Source of the DNA: an uncultured bacterium
GTDB lineage: Bacteria > Krumholzibacteriota > Krumholzibacteriia > JACNKJ01
Length of the DNA stretch: 64,000 nt
Assembly: GCA_964440095.1 (NCBI GenBank)
Contig: CAYTPZ010000002.1
Span: forward strand, 1,764 to 65,763
Direction of reading: 5' to 3'
The notes below the pieces were generated by a model. It searched no databases. It was not told the origin of the DNA and saw only the letters and a program-made list of their open reading frames with translations. This document shows positions 56,193-64,000 of this stretch, one piece after another; position 1 is the first letter of the stretch, and each line of letters opens with the position of its first letter. A program made the translations under genes and the position numbers.

Positions 56193-57629
56193 ATGTCTCT
56201 GCATGTGTACGATCCCATCCGCAAAAAGAAGGTCGAGTTCCAGCCCGTCCAAGACGGCAAGGTGGGAATGTACTTCTGCGGCATGACTGTTCAGGGTGAA
56301 CCCCATGTGGGACACATGCTTGCGGCTCTCACAGGCGATATGGTTCGTCGCTATCTGGAGTACAAGGGCTTCGAAGTCACCTTGGCCCAGAACTTCACGG
56401 ATATCGACGATAAGATCCTGGCCAAGGCGGCCGAGGAGGGCGTGAGCTATCAGGAAGTGGCCCAGCGGAACATCGACCTGTTCTTCAAATTCTCCGATGC
56501 CCTGAACATTCAGCACGCGACGGTCTATCCCAAAGCCACCGAGCACATTGCGGAGATGCACGAGATCATCGAGAAGCTCATTGAGAAGGGTCACGCCTAC
56601 GAGTCCAATGGTGACGTCTATTATAATGTGAAGAGCTTCGACGACTACGGCCGTCTTTCCGGACGCCGGGTCAACGAGCTGAGATCCGGCGTGCGTGTGG
56701 ATGTGGAAGACGGCAAGCGCGACGACCTGGATTTCGCTCTCTGGAAGAGCGTTCCCAAGGATGAGCCCGGCTTTGATAGCCCTTGGGGCTGGGGGCGCCC
56801 GGGCTGGCATATCGAGTGCTCGGCCATGAGTATGAAGTACTGCGGCCAAACCCTCGATTTCCATGGCGGCGGTCTGGATCTGAAGTTTCCCCATCACGAG
56901 AACGAGCGCGCCCAGAGCGAGGCGGCCACGGGCCAGACCTTCTCTAACGCGTGGCTGCACAATGGGATGGTGACGGTCCACGGCGAGAAGATGAGCAAAT
57001 CCGATGGGAATTACGTGTCCATGACCCAGCTTCTCGAGTGGTACGAGCCCGAGACGGTGCGCTTCTACCTGCTTTCCACGCACTTCCGCAGTCGGGCCGA
57101 ATTCGACCGCGAACAGCTGGATCGGGCCGGTGTCAGCCTGGATCGTATCAGCGAATTCAGTTTGGGTCTGCACGAGCGCCTGGCCAAGTCGCCCGAGAAC
57201 ATGGAAGTGCAATCCGAAGCAGGACAGGCACTTGTAGCTGCCTCGGCCCAGGCTCTTGAGCGTTGGACCGAGGCCATGGACGACGATTTCAACACGGGCG
57301 GAGCTATCGGCCACATTTTCGAGCTGGTGAAGGAGTTCAATCGCCTGGTGGCCGAAGACGACCAGGGCCTTTCGGCCGACCGCCGAGGTCTTGAGGCTGC
57401 CCGGTCGGCCCTGGAAACCATGGCTGGCGTTCTTGGATTGTTCAAGGACGGTCTTCCGAAAGAGCGGCAACTCGAAGCACCCGAAGAGCTTATGCAGTGG
57501 GTTGCCGATCGCGAGGCCGCCCGGGCCGCAAAGGATTGGGCCGAAGCCGATCGTCTCCGCGATCTTGTGGCCGAAGCCGGATTCGAAATCATGGATGGCG
57601 CGGGTGGAAGTCAGGTTAGGAAGCGTTAA
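56193..57629 (+). CDS. cysS: Cysteinyl-tRNA synthetase
   Basis: CGMTVQGEPHVGH (HIGH region); KMSKS motif present. Confidence 0.9.
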   Translation: MSLHVYDPIRKKKVEFQPVQDGKVGMYFCGMTVQGEPHVGHMLAALTGDMVRRYLEYKGFEVTLAQNFTDIDDKILAKAAEEGVSYQEVAQRNIDLFFKFSDALNIQHATVYPKATEHIAEMHEIIEKLIEKGHAYESNGDVYYNVKSFDDYGRLSGRRVNELRSGVRVDVEDGKRDDLDFALWKSVPKDEPGFDSPWGWGRPGWHIECSAMSMKYCGQTLDFHGGGLDLKFPHHENERAQSEAATGQTFSNAWLHNGMVTVHGEKMSKSDGNYVSMTQLLEWYEPETVRFYLLSTHFRSRAEFDREQLDRAGVSLDRISEFSLGLHERLAKSPENMEVQSEAGQALVAASAQALERWTEAMDDDFNTGGAIGHIFELVKEFNRLVAEDDQGLSADRRGLEAARSALETMAGVLGLFKDGLPKERQLEAPEELMQWVADREAARAAKDWAEADRLRDLVAEAGFEIMDGAGGSQVRKR

Positions 57630-57716
57630 CCGCTGACCGCCAGAAGACTTCTTTTTCGGCTCCGGAGAGGGTGTTTTTCTTGCGGTTAGCGGCTAGCCGT
57701 CAGCGGTTGGCGGCCC
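57627..57716 (+). repeat. Heptad-periodic palindromic element: (TAACCGC, TGACCGC)...40-nt spacer...(GCGGTTA, GCGGCTA, GCCGTCA, GCGGTTG, GCGGCCC)
   Basis: Read directly from the sequence; begins at the cysS stop codon. Confidence 0.6.
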
Positions 57717-57737
57717 TAGCTTTTTTCTGCTATCCCC

Positions 57738-57767
57738 TTGACACTTTTCGACTTTCCACTTTAATAT
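57738..57767 (+). promoter_or_regulatory. Sigma-70-like promoter for the tRNA-tuf operon (TTGACA, 18-nt spacer, TAATAT)
   Basis: Consensus -35 hexamer and a 4/6 -10 hexamer about 130 nt upstream of tRNA-Thr. Confidence 0.5.
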
Positions 57768-57894
57768 GCGCCTCCGGCGTTTTGTGCCGGTAGTCGGACA
57801 GGTGTGGGCGCGGACTCCACAATCCATCTAGCATAGAGGTCCTTCTCAATCCCTCATTGGGAGAGAGGGACATTTGCGCGTAGTGCGCATGAAT

Positions 57895-57967
57895 GCTGGC
57901 GTAGCTCAACTGGTAGAGCTTCTCACTTGTAATGAGAAGGTTGGGGGTTCAAGTCCTCTCGCCAGCT
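57895..57967 (+). tRNA. tRNA-Thr (anticodon TGT)
   Basis: Cloverleaf; acceptor GCTGGCG/CGCCAGC; anticodon loop CTTGTAA. Confidence 0.85.
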
Positions 57968-57988
57968 CCTGATCGGCGGAGTTTTTTT

Positions 57989-58070
57989 GGAGGGGTTCCC
58001 GAGTGGTCAAAGGGATCAGACTGTAAATCTGACGGCGAAGCCTTCGGAGGTTCAAATCCTCCCCCCTCCA
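57989..58070 (+). tRNA. tRNA-Tyr (anticodon GTA), long variable arm
   Basis: Acceptor GGAGGGG/CCCCTCC; anticodon loop CTGTAAA; 82 nt. Confidence 0.85.
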
Positions 58071-58107
58071 CCGACCCGGCAGCGAGGATGAAACCGAGCT
58101 GCTTTTT

Positions 58108-58181
58108 GCGGGAATAGCTCAGCTGGCTAGAGCATCAGCCTTCCAAGCTGAGGGTCGCGGGTTCGAATCCCGTTTCCCGCT
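58108..58181 (+). tRNA. tRNA-Gly (anticodon TCC)
   Basis: Acceptor GCGGGAA/TTCCCGC; anticodon loop CTTCCAA. Confidence 0.85.
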
Positions 58182-58199
58182 CCGTTGTTGAAACAGGGT

Positions 58200-58272
58200 G
58201 CCCAGGTAGCTCAGTCGGTAGAGCACATCCTTGGTAAGGATGAGGTCGTCAGTTCAAATCTGATCCTGGGCT
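58200..58272 (+). tRNA. tRNA-Thr (anticodon GGT)
   Basis: Acceptor GCCCAGG/CCTGGGC; anticodon loop TTGGTAA. Confidence 0.85.
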
Positions 58273-58344
58273 CCGCCTTTCTGCAATCCCGCGCCGCGGA
58301 TAGAGGTGCGGCTCATCCAACGATCCTTAGGAGGTCGACTCGCC

Positions 58345-59535
<1,191 letters not shown>

Positions 59536-59547
59536 GGGAGCCGCGAG

Positions 59548-59697
59548 ATGCGAGAAATCGTTAAGCTACGTTGCACCAAGTGCGAGAAGCACTGGTACAC
59601 GACTATGAAAAACAAGCGGCTTCACCCGGACCGAATCGAGCAGAAGAAGTACTGCCCGCGGGACCGGGAGCACACGGTTTTCAAGGAAGCAAGATAA
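59548..59697 (+). CDS. rpmG: 50S ribosomal protein L33
   Basis: 49 aa; C..C...Y.T.KNK...P.R...KKYCP zinc-ribbon pattern; location between tuf and tRNA-Trp. Confidence 0.8.
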   Translation: MREIVKLRCTKCEKHWYTTMKNKRLHPDRIEQKKYCPRDREHTVFKEAR

Positions 59698-59701
59698 ACG
59701 C

Positions 59702-59770
59702 TAACCGCTATCCGCTTTCCGCAAGCCGCCAGAGAGCGGTCGGCGGTTGGCGGTCGACGGTAAGCGGTTA
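59702..59770 (+). repeat. Heptad-periodic palindromic element: (TAACCGC, TATCCGC, TTTCCGC, AAGCCGC) CAGAGA (GCGGTCG, GCGGTTG, GCGGTCG, ACGGTAA, GCGGTTA), abutting the tRNA-Trp 5' end
   Basis: Read directly from the sequence; same heptad family as 57627-57716. Confidence 0.6.
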
Positions 59771-59843
59771 GGCCAGTAGCTCTAATTGGTAGAGCGCCGG
59801 TCTCCAAAACCGGATGTTGGGGGTTCGAATCCCTCCTGGCCTG
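59770..59843 (+). tRNA. tRNA-Trp (anticodon CCA)
   Basis: Acceptor AGGCCAG/CTGGCCT; anticodon loop CTCCAAA; classic position upstream of secE. Confidence 0.85.
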
Positions 59844-59851
59844 CCTGGTGG

Positions 59852-59917
59852 AGTCGCCAGTCGCAAGTCGCAAGTCGCCAGGGAAACATGGAGACTCGAG
59901 ACTGGAGACTGGAGACA
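59852..59917 (+). repeat. Two blocks of four tandem heptamers (AGTCGCC/AGTCGCA x4, then GGAGACT/CGAGACT x4) forming an imperfect hairpin upstream of secE
   Basis: Read directly from the sequence; the two arms are near-complementary with one mismatch per heptad. Confidence 0.6.
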
Positions 59918-59932
59918 AAGAAAGGACCCGAG

Positions 59933-60130
59933 ATGATCACCAAGATTCGGAATTACATCCGCGAAGTCTGGCTCGAGATGGGCAAGGTTACTTGGCCGAC
60001 CCGGGACGAGCTGAAGGAGTCGACTCGCGTTGTCATCATCGGATCCTTTTTCTTGACTTTGTTCATTTTCGTGATCGACCGCATCATGGGCTTCGGCATT
60101 GACGGCATTACCCGTCTGCTGGGCTCTTAA
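59933..60130 (+). CDS. secE: Preprotein translocase subunit SecE
   Basis: 65 aa with a single C-terminal TM helix (VVIIGSFFLTLFIFVIDRIMGF); AAAGGA RBS; an in-frame ATG at 59888 would add 15 aa. Confidence 0.75.
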   Translation: MITKIRNYIREVWLEMGKVTWPTRDELKESTRVVIIGSFFLTLFIFVIDRIMGFGIDGITRLLGS

Positions 60131-60164
60131 ATCGCCCTAAACGACGTACCCTCATGGAGGAATC

Positions 60165-60971
60165 ATGGAAGAGCGGGAGAAGGACATGACTTCCGAAGCC
60201 GAAGGCCAAGTGCCTGAGGCCGCCGCTCCCGTGGAGAGCCCTTTCGGGGGCGGGGACGTGGTGGAAGAGACCGTGGAGCCGGAGCTCGATGAGAGCGCTT
60301 CTGAGGATGAATCCGAGGAGGCGGTCACGGCCGAAGCAACAGGCGATGGCGAAGAAGACGAACTCGACGAGGACGACGCCGTTGCGCCGGGCCTTCCGCC
60401 CGTGCAGACCGAGACGCCTCGTAATTCGAAGCTGAAGTGGTATGCGGTGCACACCTACTCGGGACACGAGAACAAGGTGCGCACCAATATGCTTCGCCGG
60501 GTGGTCCTCGAAGGCATGGAGGACAAGATCGACCAGATTCTCATCCCCACCGAAGAGGTGACGGAGATGAAGAAGGGGAAGAAGACGACCGCCACGCGGA
60601 AGTACTTCCCCAGTTACATCCTGGTCGAAATGGAGATGTGCGATGAGGCCTACCACCTCGTCAACGGAATCAGCGGCGTGACAAGTTTCGTGGGCCTCGA
60701 CCCGCGCGAGCCGTCTCGTCGTCCCGTGCCCCTGCGACCGGCCGAAGTGGATCGGGTGCTCGGGCGCATTGAACGACCCACGGAGCACAAGGTCACGGAA
60801 ATACCCTATCAGGTGGGCGACCACGTGAAGGTCATGGATGGACCTTTCAGCGATTTCAACGGAATCGTCGACGAGGTCAACAAGGAACGCGGAACCCTCA
60901 AGGTCATGGTGACCATCTTCGGCAGGGAAACGCCGGTGGAACTCGACTTCCTGCAGGTTGAACCTCTCTAG
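60165..60971 (+). CDS. nusG: Transcription termination/antitermination factor NusG with an approximately 85-aa acidic N-terminal extension
   Basis: NGN domain ([14 protein letters not shown]); KOW domain ([21 protein letters not shown]); GGAGG RBS. Confidence 0.85.
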   Translation: MEEREKDMTSEAEGQVPEAAAPVESPFGGGDVVEETVEPELDESASEDESEEAVTAEATGDGEEDELDEDDAVAPGLPPVQTETPRNSKLKWYAVHTYSGHENKVRTNMLRRVVLEGMEDKIDQILIPTEEVTEMKKGKKTTATRKYFPSYILVEMEMCDEAYHLVNGISGVTSFVGLDPREPSRRPVPLRPAEVDRVLGRIERPTEHKVTEIPYQVGDHVKVMDGPFSDFNGIVDEVNKERGTLKVMVTIFGRETPVELDFLQVEPL

Positions 60972-61001
60972 GTTCAGGACGAAAGAACGGGAGCATTTAG
61001 A

Positions 61002-61436
61002 ATGGCCAAGCCCAAGAAAAAAGTGATCGCTCAGATCAAGGTGCAGATCCCCGGTGGACAGGCTAATCCCGCCCCGCCCGTGGGCCCCGCTTTGGGACAG
61101 CACCAGGTAAACATCATGGAGTTCTGTAAGGCGTTCAATGCGCAGACCCAGAACGCCCAGGGGATGCTCACGCCCGTGATCATCACCGTATACGCGGACC
61201 GCAGCTTCACCTTCATCACCAAAACTCCTCCCGCCGCCGTCTTGCTTCGCAAGGCCGCCGGTGTCGAGAAGGGGTCCGGTGAGCCCAACCGCGAAAAGGT
61301 GGGTTCGGTGAGCGCTGCGCAGCTTCGCGAAATCGCGGAATTGAAGGCTGCCGACCTCAACGCGGCGACTGTTGAAAACGCCATGCTCATGATCGCGGGC
61401 ACCGCCCGCAGCATGGGCCTTGAGGTCATTGGTTAG
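61002..61436 (+). CDS. rplK: 50S ribosomal protein L11
   Basis: [34 protein letters not shown]. Confidence 0.95.
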   Translation: MAKPKKKVIAQIKVQIPGGQANPAPPVGPALGQHQVNIMEFCKAFNAQTQNAQGMLTPVIITVYADRSFTFITKTPPAAVLLRKAAGVEKGSGEPNREKVGSVSAAQLREIAELKAADLNAATVENAMLMIAGTARSMGLEVIG

Positions 61437-61561
61437 CTTTCAGTAAAAATCGGATGGTACGGTTTCCCGGCTGGAGGGCGGGAAGCACGCTTCTCAGCCA
61501 CCGGTTTTGTTCCCTCTGTTAACTTGAGAGTATCGGACCAAGCTGATCGTTAGGAATTACG

Positions 61562-62260
61562 ATGAAGCGTGGGAAGAATTATAGCGAAAGCGCCACTCTC
61601 CGGGACAGGACCTCCGCTTACACCCTGGGTGAAGCGGTGGACATGATTCGGAAGATGTCAAAGGCGAAATTCGACGAAACGGTAGAGGTTTCCGCCAAGC
61701 TTGGCGTGGATCCCCGTCACGCGGACCAGATGGTTCGTGGAACGGTGGTTCTTCCTCATGGCACGGGCCGTTCGGTCCGCGTGCTGGCCCTTGTTCGTGG
61801 CGATAACGTCACGGCCGCCCAGGAAGCCGGAGCCGACATGGTCGGCGCGGAAGAATATCTGGAAAAGATAAAGGGTGGCTGGGCCGACACGGACGTCATC
61901 ATTACGACGCCCGACATGATGAAGGATCTCGGACGCCTGGGTAAGGTGCTGGGCCCCAAGGGTCTCATGCCCAATCCCAAGAGCGGAACCGTTACCAAAG
62001 ACGTCGCTAAGGCGGTCAAAGAAGTCAAGGCGGGTAAGGTTGAATACCGCGTTGACAAGGGATCTAATATTCACGTTTCCGTGGGTAAATCCTCCTTTGA
62101 ATCGTCACAGCTTGAAGACAACGTTCGAACATTGATCCAGGAACTGCTGCGCGTCAAACCGGCCTCAGCGAAGGGTAAGTACTTCAAGTCGGCTTTCTTG
62201 AGCTCGACGATGGGTCCTTCCATTCGCATTGCTGAGTCCGAATTGACTGTGTCCAAGTAG
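61562..62260 (+). CDS. rplA: 50S ribosomal protein L1
   Basis: L1 family similarity (FDETVEV...[14 protein letters not shown]). Confidence 0.95.
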   Translation: MKRGKNYSESATLRDRTSAYTLGEAVDMIRKMSKAKFDETVEVSAKLGVDPRHADQMVRGTVVLPHGTGRSVRVLALVRGDNVTAAQEAGADMVGAEEYLEKIKGGWADTDVIITTPDMMKDLGRLGKVLGPKGLMPNPKSGTVTKDVAKAVKEVKAGKVEYRVDKGSNIHVSVGKSSFESSQLEDNVRTLIQELLRVKPASAKGKYFKSAFLSSTMGPSIRIAESELTVSK

Positions 62261-62291
62261 GGTCCGTTTCACGAGAGAGGGGCGATAGACC

Positions 62292-62813
62292 ATGCCTAAG
62301 CCTGAAAAAATCGCGCTGGTCACAGAAATCGCCGAAAAACTGGAAAGCGCCAACAGCGTTGTACTCTGCGACTTTAAGGGTATCAACGTTGAGGAGATCT
62401 CCGAGCTCCGCAAGCGCTGCCGCGAGTCGGGTGTGACCTTCAGGGTCATCAAAAACACTCTGCTGGTGCGCGCCGCGGAAAAAGCCGGGATGGAAGGACT
62501 GGAAGACTACTTCGCCGGTCCCACCGCCCTGGCTTACAGCGAGGATTACTCGAAGCCTGCCAAGGTTCTGAAAGAGTTCCAGAAGGAATTCCAGAAGTTA
62601 ACCATGAAGGCGGGTTATGTGGATGGTCAGGTTATCGATGAGGAAGGCGTCAAGTCTCTCGCCGATATGCCCGGCCGTGAAGAGCTTCTCGGAATGGTCG
62701 CGGGTGTCATGCAGGCGCCCATCAGCGGCTTTGCCCGTGTGCTCAACGCCAATCTCCAGAGTTTCGCGAATGTCATTGACCAGCTGGCGAAGCAAAAGGG
62801 TGAAGCCGCCTAG
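62292..62813 (+). CDS. rplJ: 50S ribosomal protein L10
   Basis: L10 family similarity and position. Confidence 0.9.
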   Translation: MPKPEKIALVTEIAEKLESANSVVLCDFKGINVEEISELRKRCRESGVTFRVIKNTLLVRAAEKAGMEGLEDYFAGPTALAYSEDYSKPAKVLKEFQKEFQKLTMKAGYVDGQVIDEEGVKSLADMPGREELLGMVAGVMQAPISGFARVLNANLQSFANVIDQLAKQKGEAA

Positions 62814-62880
62814 GCCACCCGTCCAGCTTAACAGGTAACAGAGCGGTTCAAACCGCAGGTGAATAGAGGAGCAAGAAACC

Positions 62881-63252
62881 ATGTCTGACAAGATTGAACA
62901 GTTGGTTTCCCAGGTCGAAGAAATGACCGTCATGGAGCTTTCCGAGCTCGTCAAGGCCATCGAGGATAAGTTCGGCGTCAGCGCTGCTGCTCCCGCCATG
63001 GCCATGGCCGCCGCGCCCGCCGCGGAGGCTGCCGAAGAGAAGACAGAGTTTGATGTCATGCTCACTGGCGCCGGCGACAAGAAGATCCAGGTCATCAAAG
63101 TGGTGCGCGCCATCACAGGTCTGGGCCTGAAGGAAGCCAAAGAGTTGGTCGACAATGCACCCAAGGCCGTCAAGGAAGGCGCTTCCAAGGACGAGGCCGA
63201 AGGCGTCAAGACCCAGCTCGAGGAAGTGGGAGCGCTTGTCGAAATCAAGTAA
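62881..63252 (+). CDS. rplL: 50S ribosomal protein L7/L12
   Basis: Ala-rich hinge [20 protein letters not shown] and C-terminal domain [17 protein letters not shown]. Confidence 0.95.
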   Translation: MSDKIEQLVSQVEEMTVMELSELVKAIEDKFGVSAAAPAMAMAAAPAAEAAEEKTEFDVMLTGAGDKKIQVIKVVRAITGLGLKEAKELVDNAPKAVKEGASKDEAEGVKTQLEEVGALVEIK

Positions 63253-63287
63253 GAAGCTCTCGAATCCTCTTATTTGTCGATAGGACC

Positions 63288-63318
63288 CCGTCCGGGAGGC
63301 CTTGCCACCCGGACGGGT
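63288..63318 (+). promoter_or_regulatory. 10-bp GC hairpin (CCCGTCCGGG...CCCGGACGGG) in the rplL-rpoB intergenic region; candidate attenuator or RNase III site
   Basis: The position matches the known rplL-rpoB attenuator locus of other bacteria; no strong T tract follows. Confidence 0.35.
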
Positions 63319-63356
63319 TCCGTGCCTTCACCGTATAGCGACCGCCGGAGGTCATT

Positions 63357-64000
63357 GTGAGCTTTGCCGAGAAGCTTCCCAGAAGGAACTACTCGAAGCT
63401 GACTGCCGTCATGGAGATCCCCGATCTCCTGCAGGTACAGCTGGAATCATTCGAGTCCTTCCTCCAGGCCCGTACAAATCCTCGCCAGCGTCACCATCAG
63501 GGACTGGAAGCGGTGTTCCGCTCCGTATTCCCCATTGAGTCTACGCGAGGGGATTTCATTCTTGAATATCTGGACTATTCCGTTCTCGATCCCAAGTACT
63601 CGGTGGACGAGTGCCAGGAGCGCGACCTTTCCTACATGGTTCCGCTCAAGGCTCGTCTGCGTCTTATCGTCAAGGAAACCGACGAGGAGAGCGGCGAAAG
63701 CCGAGTGAAGGACATCATCGAGTCCGAAGTGTTCCTGGGCGAAATGCCTTTCCTTACCGATAAGGGAACCTTCGTCATCAACGGCGCTGAGCGTGTGATC
63801 GTAAGTCAGCTTCACCGCTCGCCCGGCGTGTTCTTCAGCGATTCCATTCATCCGAATGGCAAGCCGCTGTTCAGCGCGCGCATCATCCCGTATCGCGGAT
63901 CATGGGTGGAATTCACCACCGACATCAACGACATGATGCACGTGCACATCGACCGGAAGAAGAAACTCCCGGTTACCGTTCTCCTGCGCGCCATCGGCTA
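63357..64000 (+). CDS. rpoB: DNA-directed RNA polymerase subunit beta, 3'-truncated by the window edge
   Basis: IPDLLQVQLESFESF corresponds to E. coli VPYLLSIQLDSFQKF; GTG start 7 nt after GGAGG; open to the window end. Confidence 0.85.
   Translation, partial: MSFAEKLPRRNYSKLTAVMEIPDLLQVQLESFESFLQARTNPRQRHHQGLEAVFRSVFPIESTRGDFILEYLDYSVLDPKYSVDECQERDLSYMVPLKARLRLIVKETDEESGESRVKDIIESEVFLGEMPFLTDKGTFVINGAERVIVSQLHRSPGVFFSDSIHPNGKPLFSARIIPYRGSWVEFTTDINDMMHVHIDRKKKLPVTVLLRAIG

Noticed and set aside
59852-59917. Heptamer tandem repeats considered as a CRISPR array
   Set aside because: The repeat unit is only 7 nt, there are no spacers, and no cas genes are present. It is not a CRISPR array.
60108-61103. 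331-aa minus-strand ORF
   Set aside because: It is the antisense of nusG/rplK.

Overview
This is a GC-rich (about 62%) bacterial chromosomal segment, mostly transcribed on the + strand. Three proteins end in canonical type IX secretion (T9SS) C-terminal sorting domains of the YPNPFNPST...KMLLLK type, so the organism most likely belongs to the FCB group (Bacteroidota-related or candidate phyla); no T9SS machinery genes fall inside the window. Contents, 5' to 3':
- A secreted-protein and hydrolase cluster: two paralogous GH32-like hydrolases, an M50 protease, an M28 peptidase and glpX.
- rarA, a truncated GNAT gene, a methyltransferase, and a multidomain T9SS cargo carrying a catalytically dead papain-like domain.
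- pcm, a five-gene Opp/Dpp-type peptide ABC transporter, and an RqcH/NFACT homolog.
- A secreted-protein/OmpA-barrel gene pair and an FG-GAP protein.
- A conserved yicC-gmk-rpoZ-coaBC-udg-dnaB block, a VOC-fold protein, an octaheme c-type cytochrome, mlaEFD, and a KamA-family radical-SAM gene followed by a GYD-domain gene.
- An ISL3-family insertion sequence with perfect 25-bp inverted repeats, next to a TPR-like gene and an ECF sigma/anti-sigma pair.
- radA, a formyltransferase-like gene, ispD, ispF, gltX, a TerC protein and tag.
- A secreted PDZ protein carrying about 12 copies of a 26-residue repeat I do not recognise, then a P-loop NTPase, ddl, a BtpA-family protein and cysS.
- The classic tRNA(Thr-Tyr-Gly-Thr)-tuf-rpmG-tRNA(Trp)-secE-nusG-rplKAJL-rpoB locus, with rpoB cut by the window end.
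The most unusual non-coding signal is a family of heptad-periodic (NNNCCGC)n...(GCGGNNN)n palindromic elements flanking the tRNA genes, plus a second heptamer-repeat hairpin upstream of secE. Many long ORFs in the six-frame track are antisense shadows typical of high-GC DNA and were rejected.
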